Below are positions 49,008 to 57,173 of a stretch of DNA of 64,000 nt, piece after piece. The notes under the pieces were generated by a model, which was given only the letters and a program-made list of their open reading frames with translations, had not been told where the DNA came from and did no database searches. The position numbers were made by a program, and so were the translations under genes. Position 1 is the stretch's first letter; every line of letters starts with the position of its first letter. This stretch comes from Chloroflexota bacterium (GTDB taxonomy: Bacteria > Chloroflexota > Dehalococcoidia > GIF9 > UBA5629). Location: NCBI GenBank assembly GCA_016875875.1, contig VGOP01000008.1:19834-83833 (forward strand). Reading direction: 5' to 3'.

Positions 49008-50312
49008 TTACCTTCCCTTTGAGGCTACTGACAGGCTCGAACAGTAGAGGGAGGGGGTCAATAGAAATCCTTCGACCCACCTTGTGTCATTTCCTATTGC
49101 TTCAAGCTGTCTCAAAACCTGATACACATTGCCGGCGACCATGGTATCTTTTACCCTGCCTGTTATTTCCCCGCTTTCTATCTGATAGCCCAGCAAAACA
49201 TTGCCGTTAAAGTCCCCGTTTAGTATGTTTCCCTGCTCAGCACCTATTAGTAACTCTATTACCAAACCCTTCTTTATATCTCTTACCATGTCCCAGAAAG
49301 AAGCATCACCTTTACCTACGACAAAGGAGCTTGGCGAAGGTGTCGGCATACCACCGTGGCGGCTGCCATTACCGGTGCTTTGTGCATTCGCCAGTGCTGC
49401 TGTCTGCAAGTCATAGATAAACTGTGACACCACCCCTTGGTCAATAAGCGGTGTTCGCTGGCTTGGCACACCCTCATCGTCGCAAGAATAGCTGCCTACC
49501 TGATATGGCAAGGTAGCATCATCCCACAAGGAGAAATTTTTGTCAAAAACTTGCTTTCCCAGTTTGTCCTTCAATGGTGAAGCTCCGTCAAAAACCAGTT
49601 TACCATTGAAAGCGGACGCTAAGGGGGCGATTATGGAGCTAGCCACGCCATGTGGTGTAAAAATCACCGGCATTGGTTTTGCTGATATACTGACATTCCT
49701 CTTGGCTAGCTCCAGCTGCTTTATTACCTTTTCAGCTATCGGCTTGGAATTAAGGATTGGGTGGCATGAACTCTGGCTATCACCAACGAAGAGCATATCT
49801 TCGTCTTTAATAAGGACACCTTCAAGGCTCAGGCTAAAAAAGCTCTTGTTATAGCTGGCTTCGCCACCTTTAGAGTTAATGATATGGACAGAAGCAATTC
49901 CTCTAGTTATCGACGCTTCACATAAAATGTCTGGGGTATGTTGTTTGATTTTGGCGATAAGTTGCTCTCCGAGCTCGACCATATCATCAATAGTTACCGC
50001 GTCTATCTGTGAATCAAAGGTATCTATCTTGGGGTAAACCTTCGGGTTGGGAAAGCTGAATTTAGCTGGCATGCCAAATTGACATGTCTCCGCTGCCATT
50101 TCAACCAGCGTACTTGACTCAATACGTCCACTAGCCTGAGCAAAACCGACTTTGTCGCCTTTGATGAGTCTTAGAGCAGTCCTAGTGCCTTCCTTGTCCT
50201 GAATTTGCTTTAACCGATTAGCTTCGAAATGAACAGGGGTTACTTTCGAGGAGATTTGAAAGACCTCAGCCTGTTCAGCTACTTTTTTGGCCTTTGACAG
50301 AATGTCTTCCAC
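49008..50312 (-). CDS. pmbA: TldE/PmbA family protein
   Basis: DDEGVP and STGNG motifs, no HExxH; downstream of tldD. Confidence 0.85.
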   Translation of the reverse strand: MEDILSKAKKVAEQAEVFQISSKVTPVHFEANRLKQIQDKEGTRTALRLIKGDKVGFAQASGRIESSTLVEMAAETCQFGMPAKFSFPNPKVYPKIDTFDSQIDAVTIDDMVELGEQLIAKIKQHTPDILCEASITRGIASVHIINSKGGEASYNKSFFSLSLEGVLIKDEDMLFVGDSQSSCHPILNSKPIAEKVIKQLELAKRNVSISAKPMPVIFTPHGVASSIIAPLASAFNGKLVFDGASPLKDKLGKQVFDKNFSLWDDATLPYQVGSYSCDDEGVPSQRTPLIDQGVVSQFIYDLQTAALANAQSTGNGSRHGGMPTPSPSSFVVGKGDASFWDMVRDIKKGLVIELLIGAEQGNILNGDFNGNVLLGYQIESGEITGRVKDTMVAGNVYQVLRQLEAIGNDTRWVEGFLLTPSLYCSSLSVASKGR

Positions 50313-51671
50313 TTAATTACCTCCGACCAGGCAACGGCGGATTCTTATGTGCGGGCTGCCGTTAGAAACGGGTAAAGGTGACTGTTCGCGTTTGCCACAG
50401 CCACCACCCTGATTCATCTTTAGGTCATTGCCGATAGCATCTATATTGCCCAAGGTGACAAATACATTGCCGCTGAGCACTGCGGGGCGAAGTAATTCTG
50501 CTATCTTGCCGTTGCGAATCATGTAAGCTTCAGCGGCGGAGAAAGTAAACATCTCTAGGCTGGTTGTACCTCCGTACCAGTCCTTGGCATAGATACCTTC
50601 CTTGATGTCGCTGACAATATCTTCAAAAGATAATGTTCCGGGTTCAATATAGGTGTTGGTCATTCTGACTATAGGCGGGAAAAGGTAGCTAATTGACCGG
50701 GCATTGCCTGTAAGTTTTTCTCCCATCTTGGCAGCTGTTTCTCGAGAGTGGAGCCTGCTTTCAAGTACACCTTCTCGGAGGAGATATGTCTTGGTTGCGG
50801 GAACACCTTCGTCATCGTATTTATAGCTGCCCCGTAGTCCGGGAACAGCAGCGCCATCAACAATATTTAGGTGCTTGTCGCCAAATTTTCGGCCTAGTAC
50901 CATGATTTCTTGCAGTCGTCTATTTTCGTAAACATGATCTGCCTCGGACAAATGTCCGAAGGCTTCGTGGGCAAATACGCCGGCCAAAACCGGATCTAGG
51001 ACTACGGTATATTCACCACCCTTGGCCTGAGGTGCTGAAAGAAGCCTTACTGCTAGCTCCGCCGTTTGTCTTATCTGCTTTTTTAATCCTTCTATGGCCG
51101 AAAAATCGCCCGGGCTACCCAAACTTAACCCTGCCTGCTGGACCTGGCCATCTTTTGCAGCTATAGCTGTTAGACGCAGGCCCAGGTCTACCTTGGTTTG
51201 CTCTATATAAGTACCTTCAGAATTGACAAAGGTTATTTTCCTCTGGCTGTCATGATAGCCAACATTCGATGTTTGAATCTTAGGTGTGCTCAGGATAATG
51301 TCGTTATACTCATCAAGCAGTTGCTTTTTCAATGCCAGCGGAACAGTCGTTGGAGCCTTTTTAGTTTCGGCGGTTACCACGTCGCTTATTGGCTCCGTTT
51401 GACTGAACTTGCTGGGTTCCTTGCCGACAAGCCTCGCCTGCTTTACGGCTAGCTCTACCTTGTCTCGCAGCTTATTTGCATTATTGAAGCTGACAAAGCC
51501 CCAGCCACCTTTGACGAGAGCCCGCACGTTACCACCCATGCTGGATGTCCTGCCTATCTCCTCCAACCTATCGCTGCGGTAAATAATGCGGGTTATCTGA
51601 CTTTCTTCAAACCGAATCTCGACATAATCGGCGTTATGTCCTTTTAAGGTTTTAACAAGTTCATCCTGCAT
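50313..51671 (-). CDS. tldD: TldD metalloprotease
   Basis: HEAFGH.SEAD, DDEG, RMTNT, CGK motifs. Confidence 0.92.
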   Translation of the reverse strand: MQDELVKTLKGHNADYVEIRFEESQITRIIYRSDRLEEIGRTSSMGGNVRALVKGGWGFVSFNNANKLRDKVELAVKQARLVGKEPSKFSQTEPISDVVTAETKKAPTTVPLALKKQLLDEYNDIILSTPKIQTSNVGYHDSQRKITFVNSEGTYIEQTKVDLGLRLTAIAAKDGQVQQAGLSLGSPGDFSAIEGLKKQIRQTAELAVRLLSAPQAKGGEYTVVLDPVLAGVFAHEAFGHLSEADHVYENRRLQEIMVLGRKFGDKHLNIVDGAAVPGLRGSYKYDDEGVPATKTYLLREGVLESRLHSRETAAKMGEKLTGNARSISYLFPPIVRMTNTYIEPGTLSFEDIVSDIKEGIYAKDWYGGTTSLEMFTFSAAEAYMIRNGKIAELLRPAVLSGNVFVTLGNIDAIGNDLKMNQGGGCGKREQSPLPVSNGSPHIRIRRCLVGGN

Positions 51672-51908
51672 TTTTCTTTTTGGCAAGTTTTTGTATTGTA
51701 GCTTGTGACTGAGGTTAAAGGCAAGGCAAAGCAGGATGGTTGACATTAGTTGTAAAGCTAGAACAAGCTGCTTCTCCTCAACGGTGATATTGGGAACTTT
51801 CCACTATCGCCCACCATTAATTGCAGTTATGGCCTGTACAGGTGTTCAAAAGGGGCCAAGTATGGTATAATTTTTACCTAAACGCGGTTAAATACAGGAG
51901 GGGATCAG

Positions 51909-53249
51909 ATGAAAGCACTGTCAAGAATATTTCAAATAGCGCTCTGTGCAATCCTGATTATCGGCGTGATTGCATGTGCGCCCCGCCAGGAAGTCAAATT
52001 AGAAGAAGCGCCAGCCTACCCGGCAACAAGTTTCATCGTTTTTAGCGACCCGCACGTATATGATACCTCGCTGGGAACCGAGGGAAAGGCATTTGAAGAC
52101 TATTTAGCTGATGACAGGAAACTTCTAAGGGAAAGCACCGAAATTCTGGAGGCAGCCATCGCAGCAATAAAAAATGAGAAGACCAGCTTCGTCTTGGTGC
52201 CAGGCGACCTGACGAAAGACGGCGAGCGCGTCTCGCATCAGCTGGCGGCAAGTTATTTGAGCCAGCTGGAGGCCAGCGGTAAAAAGGTATACGTGGTGCC
52301 AGGCAATCACGATGTGAAAAACGGCCACTCATTCAAATATGTCGGCGATAACACCGAACGCGTGCCTAACATAACACCTGAAGAGTTCGCCCAAATGTAC
52401 AGTGAATTCGGCTACAAAGAAGCGCTCTACCGTGACCCTGTGTCGCTTAGTTACGTAGCTGAGCCGCAAGCCGGGCTATGGTTACTTGCCCTAGATGCAT
52501 GCCACTACGCAGAAAACATAGAGGATGAGGAACCCATCACCGACGGCAAATTCAGCGCCGCTACTTTAGAATGGATTGAAGGGATGCTGGAGAAAGCGGC
52601 CAGAGAGAAGAAGGCGGTTATTGTAATGGTGCATCATGGCATCGTGGAGCATTATATCGGACAGGAGAAAAACTACGGCGAATACATATTAGATGATTTC
52701 CCCGTGGTCTCCCAATTGCTGGCAACATACAACGCACGCCTCGTTTTTACTGGCCACTACCACGCGCAGGATATAACCGTGCAACAGTGGCCGGAAACAA
52801 ATAAATTCGTCTTCGATATTGAAACCGGCTCTCTGGTCACCTATCCTGCCCCTTATCGTATCGTGAACATAGATACCTCGCAGAAGGCCGCAGTGCTAAC
52901 CAAACATATAGAATCAATACGCTCACATCCTGCCGATTTTCAGGATTATGCCAACGCGTATGTGCTGGAGGGCATAGGGGGCATCGCCACCCGTACTATA
53001 GAGGGCATTGGGGTTGACCGCGCTGAAGCGGAAAAACTGGCACAGCAGGTTGCCCTGGCATTTGTGGCGCATTATACCGGGGACGAGAACCTTCCACCAG
53101 GTCAAGAGGCTATCCAGACCACGGGACTGAGCCCACGTGGCGAGATTGTGGTCAAGTTGCGCGGGGACCTGGTTATCGGGCTGTGGAATGACCTTGAGCC
53201 ACCTGACAATAGCATCATTATCGACTTGAAAACAGGCAGCTGGCAGTAA
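51909..53249 (+). CDS. Calcineurin-like metallophosphoesterase lipoprotein
   Basis: Lipobox VIAC; DPH, GD, GNHD, HH, GHYH motifs. Confidence 0.9.
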   Translation: MKALSRIFQIALCAILIIGVIACAPRQEVKLEEAPAYPATSFIVFSDPHVYDTSLGTEGKAFEDYLADDRKLLRESTEILEAAIAAIKNEKTSFVLVPGDLTKDGERVSHQLAASYLSQLEASGKKVYVVPGNHDVKNGHSFKYVGDNTERVPNITPEEFAQMYSEFGYKEALYRDPVSLSYVAEPQAGLWLLALDACHYAENIEDEEPITDGKFSAATLEWIEGMLEKAAREKKAVIVMVHHGIVEHYIGQEKNYGEYILDDFPVVSQLLATYNARLVFTGHYHAQDITVQQWPETNKFVFDIETGSLVTYPAPYRIVNIDTSQKAAVLTKHIESIRSHPADFQDYANAYVLEGIGGIATRTIEGIGVDRAEAEKLAQQVALAFVAHYTGDENLPPGQEAIQTTGLSPRGEIVVKLRGDLVIGLWNDLEPPDNSIIIDLKTGSWQ

Positions 53250-53251
53250 GA

Positions 53252-53328
53252 ATGCCTTTGGCTTAACGGTTAGAGCGGCCCGCCTTAAACAGAGGAGGTC
53301 ATTGGTTCAAGTCCACAATGGCCCACCA
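53252..53328 (+). pseudogene. Degenerate tRNA, possibly derived from tRNA-Val
   Basis: Intact D-arm (GCTT-AACGGTTA-GAGC), GGTTCAAGTCC T-loop and ..GGCCCACCA end; acceptor and anticodon stems broken. Confidence 0.7.
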
Positions 53329-53496
53329 GTTAGGTAATATCATTACCTTACTTTAGCTTCGGATTCTTCAACTGTTTACATTAATCCAGATTCAATTTCT
53401 GGTAATAACATTACCCTAGATTTATCTGCTCGAATCTCTCCGGCTCGATTCACAGCATACGTCTAACATTCCTGACATTTGTTTGTTAAGTAAAAT

Positions 53497-53529
53497 AAAA
53501 GGGGGGGAAGAAGATGCTTCCCCCCCTTT
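53497..53529 (-). terminator. Intrinsic terminator
   Basis: AAAAGGGGGGGAAG..CTTCCCCCCCTTT hairpin followed by TTTTATTTT on the minus strand. Confidence 0.75.
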
Positions 53530-53536
53530 GAGTTGC

Positions 53537-53659
53537 TTACCAGCCTAGAAGCTTTAGAAGTTCAAGAAGGCTACGGGCAAACTCCGGTGTGCTCATGTAT
53601 GGGGCAAGTGCAACGAGTATCTGGACGCACACCGCTAGCTCGATCAACCTTGTTATCAT
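53537..53659 (-). CDS. Putative 40-aa hydrophobic peptide (alternative 31-aa frame from 53666)
   Basis: AGGAGGT SD, small ORF, terminator directly after the stop. Confidence 0.4.
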   Translation of the reverse strand: MITRLIELAVCVQILVALAPYMSTPEFARSLLELLKLLGW

Positions 53660-53798
53660 TTTTCATGACTACCTCCTGAAAAAACTCAAATATGGTAACC
53701 GGGTTAACCGGCCGCGACCTTTTCTATATAATCGCACATACTGGGCCTTTTGTCCAATTTTTTATTGTCCGCTTCTCTAAATTATTGTGAGTCAACAT

Positions 53799-53999
53799 CT
53801 ACCTTCCCCAGAGCCGCCTCCGTATTCCTGGGAAATCCCATACATCATTTGGGCTTTTGGTTGATGATCCTGTTCCCCAGAGAGTCTGCCTTATTTCCTT
53901 GAAGCGCCAAACATCTTGCCCTACTATGCCCGTGCTTTTCTTGGTGGGCACCTTGTCTGTCTGTGGTCCCAACTGAATAATGATTACTTGGTCACTCAT
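53799..53999 (-). CDS. Small hypothetical protein
   Basis: AAGGAG SD; follows the AAA gene. Confidence 0.55.
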   Translation of the reverse strand: MSDQVIIIQLGPQTDKVPTKKSTGIVGQDVWRFKEIRQTLWGTGSSTKSPNDVWDFPGIRRRLWGR

Positions 54000-54071
54000 C
54001 TCTATTAACTCCTTTTGTATTTTCTCCCAAGTTTAGGTTGCTATGCTGTTTGTAGTAGAATAAAAGTCTCA

Positions 54072-55453
54072 CTACGATACTTGACCTCCTTTCCCTTTGT
54101 CCGCTTGGAACTCGACTCTAGAGTCGTAGATAGCATACTCGCCCGCCTTATCTACATTGTTACCAACTTTTCTGAATCCCATCTCCTTCTTTGAATCTGT
54201 CTTACATAGAATATTGTTCACCTCATCGAGGCCGAATCTGCAACAACTCAATTCACTACATATAAGGTCATGTTTGTGCTCGATTACTAAGCTGTAAGCC
54301 GCTTCCTGAATTTGAGCCGGGGTGTAACCTCCTGTTCTGCATGCCAGATAGTCCTGAACAGCCGGATCCATTGGGATCCTCCGGGAAAGCGATTTGACCA
54401 GCTCTTTTCTCTGCTCCAGTGATGGCGCTGTCAGCCGTATTATGCGGTCGAATCTCGAAGGCCGTTCAGCCAGAGCCTTATCTATGGTTTCGATGAAGTT
54501 GGTCGTGGCTACAGTAATCACTTCTTTGCATTCCTCGACCCCATCAAGGGCAGAGAGAAGGCAGGCTAGAGCTTCAGCCCTGGTATAACGTGATTCTCTC
54601 CTTTCCTCTGCAATTAAGTCTAAATCCTCAATAAAGACTATGCTTGGCCTTAGGTCTTGAGCTAGCTCATACAAGTAGGAAATATATAGGCTGCTGGTCA
54701 GGCAGCTTTCATCAGCCAAGATGCAGGTAATATCCGGGCTGTGGTTCATCAACACTTTGCATATTAGAGTTTTGCCGGTGCCTGGCTCACCTACCAGGAT
54801 AATTCCCCTTCGCGGAGATATGCCATATTTAGCAAGTTCTGCCGTCTTATTAAGAAAACCGACCGTATTGGTTTCAATCTCGTCCTTCAGCGCCGGATCC
54901 AAGGTGAGGTCCTGCCAGCTCTTAGGCGGAAGCTCCAAGAATCGAATACGACCTGTGAATTTTAGCTTCTTGCCTTTATATGGGTTGTTCACTGTGACAA
55001 ACTTATTAACACCTTCAGCAAAGTCGTCTCCCTCCTCTTTACCGTGGCTAACAACAATCAATGAAGGAGGCTGCCTTGAGCTGGTCTTTATAGAAACGAC
55101 TATGCGGCTATCCTCTTTTTGAAGCAGTAGGTAGCCGTCGCACAGCATGTTTTCGTCTTTGCTGTAATCCGTGTTCACATCGGCATATCGTGGCATCCGC
55201 CCTCGGTGGCCAAGCACCTCAGCGACTTTCCAGCCCTCACTTTCGAGTAGCGTTGAAGAGCCCAGGCCAGCAGTTCACGATAGTATGCCGGAAAAGTAAT
55301 CGGCACCAGTGCTTGTTTCTCTTTGCCCAGGAATCTGGCAATGGTGTCGATATTTCTCTTTTGGCCATTCTCCGAATTAAACCATGGCTCGTCGCTCATT
55401 TCCATATCTTCCAGGACTTCTTCTAATTCTTCGTCATCCATGTTGTATTCCAT
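54072..55453 (-). pseudogene. AAA+ ATPase split by a frameshift near 55245
   Basis: GEPGTGKT, FIEDLD, TTN..D.AL..RPSRFDR motifs; upstream ORF with AGGAGG SD continues into this frame after ..LQRY. Confidence 0.75.
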
Positions 55454-55543
55454 CGCCTCCTGAATTTTAAGTGTTTTCCTTATTGTAGGGTTCAACTTTT
55501 CGGGGTGGAGTGAAGCTCACCAACTCTCCACCCCACAAGGGAA

Positions 55544-55726
55544 TTACTTGCTCTTCCGCTCTGGCCCCAGGTCCTCGAATATTGTTCTCGCTACTCCCGG
55601 GTACTCCTCATTAAAATGCACAAACACATGTGGCACAGGTTGGTCCCACTTCGTGAAGCAATCACCGAGCTCTTCCTGTATTCTTTTTTGGTTCTCACTC
55701 AGTGGCGGATATTTATTTTTATCCAT
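55544..55726 (-). CDS. Small hypothetical protein
   Basis: Tightly packed operon, GGAG SD. Confidence 0.55.
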   Translation of the reverse strand: MDKNKYPPLSENQKRIQEELGDCFTKWDQPVPHVFVHFNEEYPGVARTIFEDLGPERKSK

Positions 55727-55727
55727 C

Positions 55728-55931
55728 TTACTTCTCTCCGGTGCTTTTTATCTCGTAGAATTCTGTCTCCCAAGCTCCAGTAAAAATGTTCGGCTTTTCG
55801 ACCTCAACATCCGGGTAATTGGGGTCATCTCTATGATCGATGATCCTGCCCCCAGCTCCCAATCTACTGATGGCGATTCTGTCCATTGCGATGTGCTCTC
55901 CCACTCGTCCAATCCAATTAGACCTATTCAT
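55728..55931 (-). CDS. Small hypothetical protein
   Basis: AAGGAGG SD. Confidence 0.6.
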   Translation of the reverse strand: MNRSNWIGRVGEHIAMDRIAISRLGAGGRIIDHRDDPNYPDVEVEKPNIFTGAWETEFYEIKSTGEK

Positions 55932-55988
55932 TTTTCAAAACCTCCTTTTATTGTTTTCTGCAAAATCAATTTGTCCTCTGACATTACT

Positions 55989-56195
55989 TCACCATTTGAA
56001 TGGGTTCGTCATGTCCCGGAGCAAATCCCAATCTGGACGAAGTCCTAGGTCTCTCAGACTTTCCAGATCAGGAGTTCCCGCTTCCCTCAACACGCTGAGG
56101 TCGCCTAGTGGATCCAGCCGCCCATGTCCTTCGTGGCTCTGTTGCTGTTCCTGTCGCCATGCGTACCCATCTGAATCAACAATGAAGATCTGCAT
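55989..56195 (-). CDS. Small hypothetical protein
   Basis: AAGGAGG SD. Confidence 0.6.
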   Translation of the reverse strand: MQIFIVDSDGYAWRQEQQQSHEGHGRLDPLGDLSVLREAGTPDLESLRDLGLRPDWDLLRDMTNPFKW

Positions 56196-56357
56196 ATTTG
56201 CCTCCTTTCCTTAAGTCTGACCAAATCTGTTCACCCTTCGTGTCTAATCTAATAATGCCATATTTGCTAATCCACGACTCGGAAATTTAGTGGAAATAAG
56301 ATGAAATATAGTGTAAAGTTTCTATAATGCCGCTGCATGACTGGCTGAGGTTCTGGA

Positions 56358-57086
56358 ATGGGTCATAGAGAAAGCGCTTTCTTAAGAGTGGAGTATCTGG
56401 CCAAAGGTGTGACTCTCGATGGCTATCAGTTGGGTGACGAGATTAGCTTGGGCGCCCGGACTGTATTGCTTGGTCAACCAACAGCCGGTCAGTCTGCGCC
56501 AGACATCAAAATCAATGATTCTGAAAAACACATATCTGGAAGTCATGCCGAAATCCGTTACGACCCTGAAGAGTACAACTACAAGATTTGTGACTTTAGT
56601 CGAAATGGCACTTCGGTGGGACCCAGAAGGCTAACGAAGAACATCGAACAGTTACTTGAGCCTGGCGACCCGATCTGTCTGGCCATTATTGCAGGAGAAC
56701 CGAGAGTTGAATTTAGCTTCAACACTTCACGTACAGCTGGGCCCATGCATTTGACGATCAAAGGACGGGAAGTTTATGTCGATAATGAACCATTAGAAGT
56801 CTCTGATATCGAGTATAAAGTGTTAAAGGCTCTCTATATTAGCTACCCGACGCCAAAGTTTTGCCATAAGGATGATCTTATCGTCGCCGTGTGGGGCAAA
56901 AAGGGATGGGAAGCGGCAGAGACCACAAAGGAAAAAGACGATTACCGAGATAGACTCGCTCATGCGATCAGCAGGCTCCGAAAGAAATTTATGAGGGCCA
57001 ATCCTAACAGTCCAATACGCATTGAGTCTTCGGGACGGCAAGGTTTATATAGACTCAAGCTGCCCGAAAAGGAGAGGAATAAGTGA
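56358..57086 (+). CDS. FHA domain + OmpR-type winged-helix regulator
   Basis: IS..HA and D.SRNGT FHA motifs; EYKVLK.L..DLI.AVWG..AISRLRKK..GLYRL wHTH. Confidence 0.8.
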   Translation: MGHRESAFLRVEYLAKGVTLDGYQLGDEISLGARTVLLGQPTAGQSAPDIKINDSEKHISGSHAEIRYDPEEYNYKICDFSRNGTSVGPRRLTKNIEQLLEPGDPICLAIIAGEPRVEFSFNTSRTAGPMHLTIKGREVYVDNEPLEVSDIEYKVLKALYISYPTPKFCHKDDLIVAVWGKKGWEAAETTKEKDDYRDRLAHAISRLRKKFMRANPNSPIRIESSGRQGLYRLKLPEKERNK

Positions 57087-57173
57087 TATGCCCTCTCACG
57101 AGCTCTAGTAGTAGAAATTGGCAACTGGGCGAACCAAGTTACAAGAATCAATTGGAAGATTAAGGCAACAACT

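Noticed and set aside
53252..53328. Functional tRNA call
   Set aside because: Acceptor, anticodon and T stems contain several mismatches, so it is treated as a pseudogene.
55502..55534. Hairpin GGGGTGGAG..CTCCACCCC as a terminator
   Set aside because: No T tract follows on the coding strand; it may be a stabilising hairpin, so no function was assigned.
57084..57086. Selenocysteine readthrough at the regulator TGA
   Set aside because: No convincing SECIS hairpin or redox motif context.
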